A DNA stretch of 42,179 nucleotides from Candidatus Bathyarchaeia archaeon (GTDB lineage: Archaea > Thermoproteota > Bathyarchaeia > Bathyarchaeales > Bathycorpusculaceae). The first letter of the stretch is position 1. Every line of letters starts with the position of its first letter. The notes beneath the pieces were generated by a model. It had not been told where the DNA came from. It saw only the letters and a list, made by a program, of their open reading frames with translations, and ran no database searches. Below, piece after piece: positions 8,288 to 17,000 of the stretch. Location: NCBI GenBank assembly GCA_038882655.1, contig JAVZNT010000006.1, positions 1 through 42,179 of the forward strand, in the 5' to 3' direction. A program made the position numbers and the translations under genes.

Positions 8288-9001
8288 CTAAGAAGTTTCT
8301 GTCTCAGCCCTCTTTAGAAATTTTTCCATTTCCTTCTTCACACAGTATTTAAAGGGGATTTTACTCGAATCTCTTTCTAAATAGCCCTCCTCGTAAAGCT
8401 TCTTCATAAGCCTGGCAGTGTGCTCCCTGCTAAGCCTAATTCTCTCTTTAATTTCCGGAGCTGTTTTAGGGCCCTCAGCGACCAACATCCCCAGCACCGC
8501 TAACTCTGTTTCTGTTAACTGGGCTAATGCTTTTTCTCTCTTTATTGGTATGGCGGTTTCAACTCCGAGCTCGGATGGGCTAGGCATCTTTTGGGTTCTC
8601 TCTTCAATAACTGAAATTTTAGCGAGAACTTCTTTATGTGCTTCGGTGATGTCACTCGTCTGTTTTTCTACATCACTTAGCCGAGTAAATAGCCGCTCCT
8701 TATCCGCGAAAAGCGTTTTTGCTTTGTCTTCCAAGAGTTTAAGCCTACTCTCTAGCTCTTTTACAGCCTTTAATGCATCACTGCCATTGGCAGAAGCCGC
8801 CTCAACTTTGTAAGAAATAGTTTGTAAACTGTCGGTTATGCGCTTTAACTCCCTACTAAAACTTAAAAGTATATCATTAAAAGCTTCCTTAGCCTTCTCG
8901 TATTTTTCCCTTATTCTTACAAGGTTCCTGTAATAACCAACAGCAGCACCCACCGCCGCAGTCAAGAAAACACATGAAACAACTATTAAAAGATCAACCA
9001 T
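8288..9001 (-). CDS. Membrane-anchored coiled-coil protein with C-terminal winged helix (MarR-like)
   Basis: Hydrophobic residues 4-24 followed by YYRN..R.R, then about 110 aa of heptad-like helical sequence, a PSPSE linker, and LTETELAVLGML..GPKTAPEIKERIRLSREHTARLMKKLYEEGYLER..KIPFKY. Confidence 0.8.
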   Translation of the reverse strand: MVDLLIVVSCVFLTAAVGAAVGYYRNLVRIREKYEKAKEAFNDILLSFSRELKRITDSLQTISYKVEAASANGSDALKAVKELESRLKLLEDKAKTLFADKERLFTRLSDVEKQTSDITEAHKEVLAKISVIEERTQKMPSPSELGVETAIPIKREKALAQLTETELAVLGMLVAEGPKTAPEIKERIRLSREHTARLMKKLYEEGYLERDSSKIPFKYCVKKEMEKFLKRAETETS

Positions 9002-9268
9002 GTGATGCCTCCTGTGACTTCTGCGTAGCAGGTTGTGACCTTACCATGTTGCATCACACATCACAGTTTAAAATCGAGAACATATAAGCATTGTGGTTCT
9101 TTATGAAATGTATGACATCACAAGTCACAAGCAACATGCACGAACCTTAGCTACGCGAAAGGAAAAACATTCTTATTACCCTCTTTTGGCTATTTAGCCC
9201 TGTTTTCTGCCTTCTTTTCTTATATATGGAGCAGCTATGATTTTTAGTTGTGTGATTTGTGATGTCAC
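9001..9268. repeat. Array of TGTGAY / CATCACA heptad-type repeats
   Basis: TGTGA at 9001, 9013, 9034, 9251, 9258; TCACA at 9054, 9061, 9118, 9125. Three tandem pairs have a 7-bp period. 9113-9129 and 9251-9267 form a 17-bp inverted repeat with one mismatch. Confidence 0.85.
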
Positions 9269-9741
9269 GTAAAACCTTCAGACGGGTTTGAAAGCGTTTT
9301 TAAGCCGCGTTCGAGTTCTTCTCTTAGCATTTTAATGAGTTTTATTTGTTCCTCTGGTTGTTTAGCTTTGTTTGGCAAGTCCTTGTGGGCGTTTATGTAT
9401 TCCTGCAGTTTGTTTGCAATTTCAATATATTGATCAAGAGTTGTGCTTTCAAAGATTCCCAAATACCCTAAGAGCAGCACTGTGTATATTGACTTTATCA
9501 CATTTTCTTGCGCCTGTTTTAAAGTTCTATTGAAGGCTCCGCGGCTTATTTTTGCCTTTGTTAGCCGTAAACTGGCTTTTTCATCGTATTTTAGTGATTT
9601 ACCCGAAACATTTTCGGCTAAAACGTCTATTAGCAATGTTTCTAGCTGCGTTTTTGTCAGATGACTGTTTTTTGTCAGTATTTTGACTATTGGGTCTTCC
9701 AGAGACGTTTTCAGCCATAGTTGTACGCTGTTCTTTAACAT
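9265..9741 (-). CDS. Uncharacterised all-helical protein with probable HTH (Tfx/sigma region 4-like pattern)
   Basis: SHLTKTQLETLL...KISRGAFNRTLKQAQENVIKSIYT pattern; GAGGAG Shine-Dalgarno upstream. The fold assignment is inference. Confidence 0.65.
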   Translation of the reverse strand: MLKNSVQLWLKTSLEDPIVKILTKNSHLTKTQLETLLIDVLAENVSGKSLKYDEKASLRLTKAKISRGAFNRTLKQAQENVIKSIYTVLLLGYLGIFESTTLDQYIEIANKLQEYINAHKDLPNKAKQPEEQIKLIKMLREELERGLKTLSNPSEGFT

Positions 9742-9770
9742 TCTCTACTTTTCTCCTCAGAGTTGTGCTT

Positions 9771-9794
9771 GTTGAATACACTTTTGTATACAAC
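9771..9794. promoter_or_regulatory. Palindromic operator-like site between a TATA-like box and the 9741 start
   Basis: GTTGAATACA-CTTT-TGTATACAAC (9/10 inverted match), adjacent to TTTTAAAA at 9796-9803. Confidence 0.55.
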
Positions 9795-9885
9795 CTTTTA
9801 AAGAGTTTTGCTCGATATCAAAAACTACGCCTTCACGTCGCAACCATTATATGCTAATCTGTATAGCACATTGTGAGGAGAGCGC

Positions 9886-11067
9886 TTGGCATTGCAATTT
9901 AAGGCAGCTGAACGTCTAAAAAATATAAAGCCCTCTGGAATTCGCCGATTTTTTGCTTTGGCCCAAGAAGTTCCCGGCATTATTAATTTAAGTGTTGGAG
10001 AACCGGATTTTACGCCACCCACACACGCTCTAGAAGGAGGCTGGAAGGCCGCATTAGCAGGTAAAACACACTACGCTCCAACTAATGGCATTCCGGAACT
10101 TAGAGAGGCTTTAGCTGAGAAGGCCCATAGAGAATATGGCCTTCAATATGACCCAACCTCTGAAGTATTGGTCACCGTCGGCGGAACGGAGGCAATTTCC
10201 CTTGCTTTGACGGCCTTAGTTAATCAAAATGATGAAGTGTTAATTCCTGATCCCGGTTTTGTCTGTTATGAGCCTAGCGTTAGATTGGCAGGCGGCATCC
10301 CCGTTTCAATTCCTATTTTAGAGAGAAATGGGTTTAAGCCGTCAATTGATGACGTGACGTCACTTATCACGAAAAAATCACGTGTGATGATTCTGAACTA
10401 TCCAAACAATCCTACTGGAATCGTCCTATCATATGATGAACTTAAATTATTAGCCAAAATTGCTGTTGAGCGTGATTTGATTGTGATTTCCGACGAGGTT
10501 TACGAAAAAATAATTTATGATGGAGAAAGGCACCACTGCATTGCAACTTTTCCGGAAATGCGGGAGCGCACATTGGTTGTGAACTCTTTTTCCAAAACCT
10601 ATGCTATGACAGGCTTAAGGGTCGGCTATGTTTACGGACCTAAGGACCTAATTGCCCCCTTGTGGCTTTGCCACCAGTATCTTGTTGCTTGTGTGGATAC
10701 TTTTGCGCAGTATGCCGCATTAGCCGCCTTAAAGGGGCCGCAAGACTTTGTTAAGGAAATGGCGGCTGAGTTTGATAGGCGAAGACGCTTTGTTTTTAAG
10801 AGACTGAACGAGATTGGTGGATTTAGCTGCGTTCTTCCTAAGGGCGCCTTTTATATGTTCCCAAGCATAAAGACTTTTAACATGACTTCAGAGGAGTTTG
10901 CCCAATTCATACTTAAAGAGGCCCGTGTTGCAACTGTTCCGGGCTCTGCTTTCGGTTCTTATGGCGAAGGTTACCTTCGGATTTCTTATGCCGCAGCTTA
11001 TGAGCAGTTGGAAGAGGCTTTCAACCGCATAGAGAAGGCCGTACAAAAGCTTAAGGGCTCTCTTTAG
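9886..11067 (+). CDS. PLP-dependent aminotransferase class I/II (aspartate aminotransferase-like)
   Basis: LSVGEPDF, NYPNNPTG, SDEVY, SFSKTYAMTGLRVG and GYLRISY motifs. Confidence 0.95.
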   Translation: MALQFKAAERLKNIKPSGIRRFFALAQEVPGIINLSVGEPDFTPPTHALEGGWKAALAGKTHYAPTNGIPELREALAEKAHREYGLQYDPTSEVLVTVGGTEAISLALTALVNQNDEVLIPDPGFVCYEPSVRLAGGIPVSIPILERNGFKPSIDDVTSLITKKSRVMILNYPNNPTGIVLSYDELKLLAKIAVERDLIVISDEVYEKIIYDGERHHCIATFPEMRERTLVVNSFSKTYAMTGLRVGYVYGPKDLIAPLWLCHQYLVACVDTFAQYAALAALKGPQDFVKEMAAEFDRRRRFVFKRLNEIGGFSCVLPKGAFYMFPSIKTFNMTSEEFAQFILKEARVATVPGSAFGSYGEGYLRISYAAAYEQLEEAFNRIEKAVQKLKGSL

Positions 11068-11897
11068 AGTTCTTCTGCTTTTGCTTTTAGTTTACTGAAG
11101 AGCTCTGGGCGTAAATCCTTCAATGTGGGGACAAAGGTTTCCACGGGCTTTATGTCTGCATAATCCACTTCGCCCATCACAAGGTCTTCCTCATCATACT
11201 TCGCCTTTGCAATGATTTTCCCGTTGGGGGCTACTAGTCTGCTTCCACCCCAAAACTGCAAACCATCTTCTATGCCCACAAGGTTGACGTACGCCAGAAA
11301 CGTTGCGTTTTCAATGGCCCTCGCAACTGTTAGAGTTTCAAAGAACGACCTGCGAACGGCTGGCGCGGCTGAAATACAGACGATCAGCTGCGCGCCTTCC
11401 AAGCGTGTTAGCCGACAAACTTCAGGGAAGAAGATATCATAACATATGATCAGCCCGATTTTTCCAACATGTGTTTCGAAGGCTCCTGCTTGGTATCCGG
11501 GTCTAAAATATCTTTTCTCCTCGAAAACACTGTGAGTTGGTAAGTGCATCTTCCTATATTTTCCAATGTATCCTTCTGGTCCTACGAGAACTGCAGAGTT
11601 ATAGATTGTTGCTTGTGCTTTTCCGCTGAGTTCTGGCATTCCAAATACTATGTGGACTTTATACTTCTTTGCGGTTTTTTCTATGGCGGTTGCTGATGTT
11701 CCTGGAATTTTTTCTGCTAGCTCAAATAGTTCATCCCTTATGGTGTATCCTGTCAGCGAGAGTTCGGGGAAAATAACAAGTTCTGCACCATGTTGCTTTG
11801 CGTTTGCAGTATATTCCTCGATCTTGCGTATGTTTGCTTGCTTGTCTCCTCTTTGGCAGCTTATCTGGGCCAGGGCGATCAAGAATTTTTCTTTCAA
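11064..11897 (-). CDS. Carbon-nitrogen hydrolase (nitrilase superfamily)
   Basis: Glu-Lys-Cys triad in FPEL, YRKMHL and ICYDIFFPE; ARAIEN motif. Likely TTG start at 11897, 13 nt after the nadE stop. Confidence 0.93.
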   Translation of the reverse strand: MKEKFLIALAQISCQRGDKQANIRKIEEYTANAKQHGAELVIFPELSLTGYTIRDELFELAEKIPGTSATAIEKTAKKYKVHIVFGMPELSGKAQATIYNSAVLVGPEGYIGKYRKMHLPTHSVFEEKRYFRPGYQAGAFETHVGKIGLIICYDIFFPEVCRLTRLEGAQLIVCISAAPAVRRSFFETLTVARAIENATFLAYVNLVGIEDGLQFWGGSRLVAPNGKIIAKAKYDEEDLVMGEVDYADIKPVETFVPTLKDLRPELFSKLKAKAEEL

Positions 11898-11910
11898 ATT
11901 TTTCCTTCCC

Positions 11911-12759
11911 TTATTGTGTGAAGGGTATCCTAAAGTCAAATCCGACAGTCCTATATTGAAGTTTTGTTGTTAGTGGCATCCTTCTCTTATGTTCCATTTT
12001 CTGCCAGCGCTCTTTCACTTTCTCCACCACTTCTTTCTGTAAGCCTAACTGGTCTGCTATTTTCTCAGCTTTCATGAAATGCTCAAGCCCATAAAGGATG
12101 AGATCTAGCGTCTCATATTTTATCCCTAATTCTTCTTCTGCTGTTTGTCCCTGCCACAAGGTTGGGGATGGCGGTTTCTCCACGATTTTTTTTGGTATGC
12201 CTATGTACCACGCAAGTTTTTTCACTTGAGTCTTGTATAGATCCATTATTGGTGATATATCTGCTGCGACGTCTCCCCATTTGGTGAAGTATCCTATCAT
12301 TGTTTCTGACTTGTCAGAACTTCCGCACACTATTAGGTTGCGTTTGTTGGCGTAATAGTAAATGTAGAGCATACGTATTCGCGCTTTAAAGTTGCCCTTT
12401 GAGAGTTTGTCTTCAGCGTCGAAAATCGGTATTGTTTTTTGAAGTTCCTCTAAAGCAGGTGTGATGTCTATCTTCTCTGTTTGCAATCCAAACTTTCCCG
12501 CTACAAGCCTTGCATGTTCTATGTCTTTAGGATTGTATGTTTCCTTTTCTGGAAGTATGAGCCCCAAAACCTTGCTTCCCCCGATGGCCTTTGCGGATAG
12601 CGCTGCCACTGTGCTGCTGTCTATGCCTCCAGAAAGCCCTAAAACTATGCCCTTAGCCTTCGCTTTTTCAACATAATCTTTTATGAAGCGCGTTATTTTC
12701 TCTTCTACCTCTCCCCAGTCCAGTTCCAAAACTGACAGTGTCAATTTCAAGGTTTTCAT
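11911..12759 (-). CDS. nadE: NAD+ synthetase (single domain)
   Basis: GLSGGIDS PP-loop, NFKARIRM, GYFTKWGD, LYKTQV and EHKRRMP motifs. Confidence 0.96.
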   Translation of the reverse strand: MKTLKLTLSVLELDWGEVEEKITRFIKDYVEKAKAKGIVLGLSGGIDSSTVAALSAKAIGGSKVLGLILPEKETYNPKDIEHARLVAGKFGLQTEKIDITPALEELQKTIPIFDAEDKLSKGNFKARIRMLYIYYYANKRNLIVCGSSDKSETMIGYFTKWGDVAADISPIMDLYKTQVKKLAWYIGIPKKIVEKPPSPTLWQGQTAEEELGIKYETLDLILYGLEHFMKAEKIADQLGLQKEVVEKVKERWQKMEHKRRMPLTTKLQYRTVGFDFRIPFTQ

Positions 12760-12853
12760 CCTCAATGTTTAATGGGATGAGGCAAGTATTTAAGGACGAA
12801 GATGGGATAATGAATAGGTGTAGCCTTAAACACCATGCATGAAGGATTGGCAC

Positions 12854-13123
12854 ATGGGGCGAAGAAGGCGGAAGGTTGTCCGTATTCCAAAGAAACGTTT
12901 GCCAAAATTCTTCTCTTGCCCTATCTGTGGGAAGGCTTCGATTCGCGTGGAAATTTTCCGAGATGATGGAAGAGCCGTTGTAAGCTGCGGCAACTGCGGC
13001 GCGAAGGAAGAGTTTCCAGTTAAAGGTGCCCTTGGCGAGATAGACGTTTATTGCATGTTCACCGACAAAATTTACGGTGGTAAAAAGAGGCTGACCGCCC
13101 CGGAAGCTAAGGAATCCGCGTGA
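12854..13123 (+). CDS. elf1: Transcription elongation factor Elf1
   Basis: MGRRRRK basic N-terminus, FSCPICG and CGNCG zinc ribbon, IDVY..F.D motif. Confidence 0.92.
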   Translation: MGRRRRKVVRIPKKRLPKFFSCPICGKASIRVEIFRDDGRAVVSCGNCGAKEEFPVKGALGEIDVYCMFTDKIYGGKKRLTAPEAKESA

Positions 13124-13890
13124 GGAGTGGAGCGCCCTTGATAGGAGCTGTTGAAAAATATTTGCTGGATAAAATCAGCTCGGAAGGGTCAATTCACGTA
13201 ACCCTAATCGACCCTGAAAAGGTTACGCCTTCTCAAGCTTCGGCAATAGCTAGAAGGGCAAGAGCCAGTGGGACGTCGGCAATAATGATAGGGGGCTCCA
13301 CCTTTATCACGGCTAGACACTTAGACGACGTTGCTAAAACGGTTAAGCGGGGTGTAGACATCCCTGTGATTCTATTCCCCAACAATGTCACTAGCATAAG
13401 CCGCTATGCAGATGCCATATGGTTCATGTCTCTACTAAATTCCCTTGACCCCTACTTCATAATTGGCGCGCAGGTATTAGGCGCACCAATAATCAAGCGG
13501 TATCGCCTAGAACCAATCCCGATGGGCTACCTTATTGTTGGCGAAGGCGGAACCGCCGGTATTGTGGGGAAGGCTGTCCCAATACCTTATGATAAGCCAG
13601 AATTGGCTGTTGCGCACGCTTTAGCGGGGCAGTATTTGGGCATGCGTTTTATCTACCTTGAAGCTGGTTCTGGCGCTAAAAAACCTGTTCCTAGAGAAAT
13701 GATTCGTGCAGTGAAGCAGAATATTAATGTTCCTTTAATTGTTGGAGGAGGGATAAAAACAAGGGCACAAGCACTGGCGGCGGCGTCTGCGGGTGCTGAC
13801 ATCATTGTTACTGGCAATGTTGTTGAGAACGGTCACGTTAGGGATAAGGTTTCAGAGATTGTTGAAGGCTTAAAGAGCTATAAGGTGTGA
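13120..13890 (+). CDS. Geranylgeranylglyceryl phosphate synthase (group II)
   Basis: TLIDPEK, IMIGGS, ILFP, FMSLLNS, YLEAGSGA, VGGGIK and IVTGN motifs. Confidence 0.95.
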   Translation: MRSGAPLIGAVEKYLLDKISSEGSIHVTLIDPEKVTPSQASAIARRARASGTSAIMIGGSTFITARHLDDVAKTVKRGVDIPVILFPNNVTSISRYADAIWFMSLLNSLDPYFIIGAQVLGAPIIKRYRLEPIPMGYLIVGEGGTAGIVGKAVPIPYDKPELAVAHALAGQYLGMRFIYLEAGSGAKKPVPREMIRAVKQNINVPLIVGGGIKTRAQALAAASAGADIIVTGNVVENGHVRDKVSEIVEGLKSYKV

Positions 13891-14024
13891 CGGCGCTCAT
13901 GGCGTTACATTTTCTTGTATAAAACTTGATAACTTTGACGCTTTAAAGTGATGGATGCTTGCCGCTTTTATGTCAGAAAACAGAAATATGTGATTAATTG
14001 GCAAAGGAAGTACTGAGTGGTTGA

Positions 14025-17000
14025 TTGGGCGTTCAAATGAGCAAGTCCTATGAAAAATATGTTGCGACTTTAGAGGGGCAGCTCGGGCAATTATACAATA
14101 TAGCTACCGAAACTCGCAAGAAAGGCTTTGATCCCGAATTTAAACCCGAGTGCACGGTTGCAAGGGACATGGCTGACCTTATTGAAGGGCTTGTTGGTCC
14201 GAAAGGTGTGGCAGGAAGAATCCGAGAGTTAAGTTCAAAGCTTTCGAGGGAGGAGCTTGCCTTTAAAATCGCTGAGGAAATTGTTTATGGAAAGTTTGGA
14301 CACTTGGAGCCTGAGGCTGCCGCTGAACAAGCCATTCGCACAGCCTTAGCTATTCTCACGGAAGGAGTTACCGCCGCTCCAATACAAGGCGTTGCCCAAG
14401 TTAAGATAAAAACTAACCATGATAGATCAAAGTACTTGGCTATCTATTTTGCTGGTCCGATACGCTCTGCTGGTGGCACTGACCAAGCGCTTACACTTGT
14501 TATTGGCGATTTTATCCGTAGGATTCTCGGGTTGGACCGTTATAAGCCCACAGAAGAGGAGATTGCCCGCTTCATTGAGGAGGTTAGGCTCTATGAGCGT
14601 AGCGTAAGCCGTTTCCAATATCACGTTTCAGACGAAGAGTTGCAGAGGGCTCTTCGCTGGTTGCCCGTGGAAGTGACTGGCACAGAATCCAACCCTGTCG
14701 AAGTATCCTCTTACCGTAACTTAACTCGCATAGAAACTAATAGGGTTCGGGGCGGGGCGCTCCGTGTTGTTAATGATGGAGTCGTTGGACGAGCTTCGAA
14801 GGTTTGGGCTATTGTAGAGAAACTGGGTATACAAGGTTGGGACTGGCTCAAGGAAATTCGAAAGATGTCTGAAAAGAAAGCGACGGGCTTCATGGATGAC
14901 ATTGTTGCAGGGCGTCCCATATTCTCCTTTCCAGGTAGACGTGGCGGTTTTCGCCTGCGCTACGGAAGGGCAAGAAACACGGGATTAACAGCGGTAGGCA
15001 TCCACCCAGCCACGATGCTTGCCCTCCAAGACTTCATCGCGGCAGGCACTCAACTCCGTCTGGAGCTTCCGGGAAAAGGCGGCATCGCGGTACCAGTTGA
15101 CACCTTAGAGCCTCCAATAGTGAAATTGAAAGACGGGTCTGTTATGCGCGTCACTGCGGAAAACTTTAGCGATGTTAAAGATAGCATCGAGAAAATCTTG
15201 TTTTTGGGTGACGTTCTCATAAGTTTTGGAGATTTCCTTTATCAAGGAAAGAGCCTTGTTCCCGCCGGATACGTTGAAGAGTGGTGGGCTGAAGATTTAA
15301 GAAAGATCATTGCTGAGAAGTTTGAGGGAGATTTTGAGAAGGCAGCAGCTGCCACAGGGATACCCGGCGAGAGGATTAGAAGCTTTTTAGAAGATCCGTT
15401 TTTGAATAAGCCGACGTGTAAAGAAGCTATAAAAATCTCATTGGGCGTTGGGATTCCGCTTCATCCAGCCTTCACATTCTTCTGGTCCAATTTAGGTTCT
15501 GCTGAGGAACTTAAACTTCTTAGGGAATGGCTGGCTTCAGCTAAAGTAGAGTCTGATGGAGAATCCGCCTACCGTATCATTGGTGAAATGAGCGAGCATG
15601 TTAAGCGAGCTTTAGAAGCTATATGCTTGCCCCATAAAGTTGTGAAGGGCGATATAATTATTGATGGAGATGAAGCGTGTACCTTTGCTTTCTGCCTTGG
15701 CATCAAAAATCTCAACAGTGATTTTCGCCAAGCGGAAAATGTTTTGGAGGCTATTAAGGAACTGTGCGGTGTGGTCGTTAAGGATAAGGCTTTGACTTTT
15801 GTTGGCGCAAGGATGGGACGCCCTGAAAAAGCTAAGAGGCGGGAGATGAAACCCCTTGTGCATGTCTTATTCCCGGTAGGTTTGGCTGGCGGTTCTCAAA
15901 GGGACATTTTGGAGGCTGCTAAACGAGAAAATATCTACGTGGAAGTTGTTAAACGCAAATGCCCCTCGTGTAAGGCAAGAACTTTCGGGATAAAGTGCCT
16001 CGTATGCGGCTCTGAAACAGTTCTGGAGTATGCTTGTCCAAGATGTGGAAGGACGCTTAATGGCAGCCGCGAGTGCCCAGTCTGTAAAGTTTCCGCTGTT
16101 CCCTATGAGAAACAAAACATTAACATTAAGGAATTGCTGGATGAGGTATACGCTCGTCTAGGGGTTTCGACACTGAAGGTTTTGAAAGGTGTTAAGGGTT
16201 TAACTAATGAAACTAAAACTCCAGAAATTCTTGAAAAGGGTGCTTTGCGGGCAAAGTATGACTTGTCTGTTTACAAGGATGGCACGATTCGCTTTGATGC
16301 AACAAACGCGCCATTAACACATTTCAAACCGTCAGAGGTAGGGGTTTCCCTTAAAAAGCTTGTTCAACTTGGTTATACAAGTGATATTTATGGCAATCCC
16401 TTAACAACTCCAGACCAAATATGTGAACTGAAAATACAAGATGTTGTCATACCCATTAGATGTGCAGAATACTTTGTGCGCGTGGCAAACTTTGTTGACG
16501 AACTTCTGATGAAAGTTTACGGGCTTTCGCCATACTACAATGTTAAGCGTGTTGAAGACCTTGTTGGACATTTGGTCGTTGGTTTAGCACCTCATACATC
16601 AGTTGGCATCATCGGTCGGATAATTGGGTTTACAAGTTTGAATGTTTGTTACGCCCATCCAATTTGGCATTCCGCTAAACGCAGGGACTGTGATGGTGAT
16701 GAAGACGCTTTAATGCTTGCCCTAGACATGCTGCTAAACTTTTCAAAAGTTTTCTTACCCGCACAGATTGGCGGCATAATGGATGCGCCTCTGCTGTTAA
16801 TCTCTGTTGTAAACCCGAAAGAGGTGCAGAGGCAGGCGCACGATTTTGACGTGGCTGGTGCTTATCCCTTAGAGTTTTACCAGAAAACCTTGGAGAGAGC
16901 AGAGGCGAAACATGTGAGCCGACTAATAGACATCATTGAATATCGCCTTGGAACCGAAGCACGGTATGAAGGTTACCGCTTCACGATACCTGTTTCAAAC

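Noticed and set aside
9001-9268. Repeat array considered as a CRISPR array or MITE
   Set aside because: Units are only 5-7 bp, in both orientations and irregularly spaced. No cas or transposase genes and no evident target-site duplication.
10354-10490. Cluster of GTGAY/RTCAC motifs inside the aminotransferase gene, including the palindrome GTGACGTCAC
   Set aside because: It can be explained by Val/Ile/Thr codons in conserved protein sequence. It is not counted as part of the array without a codon-aware test.
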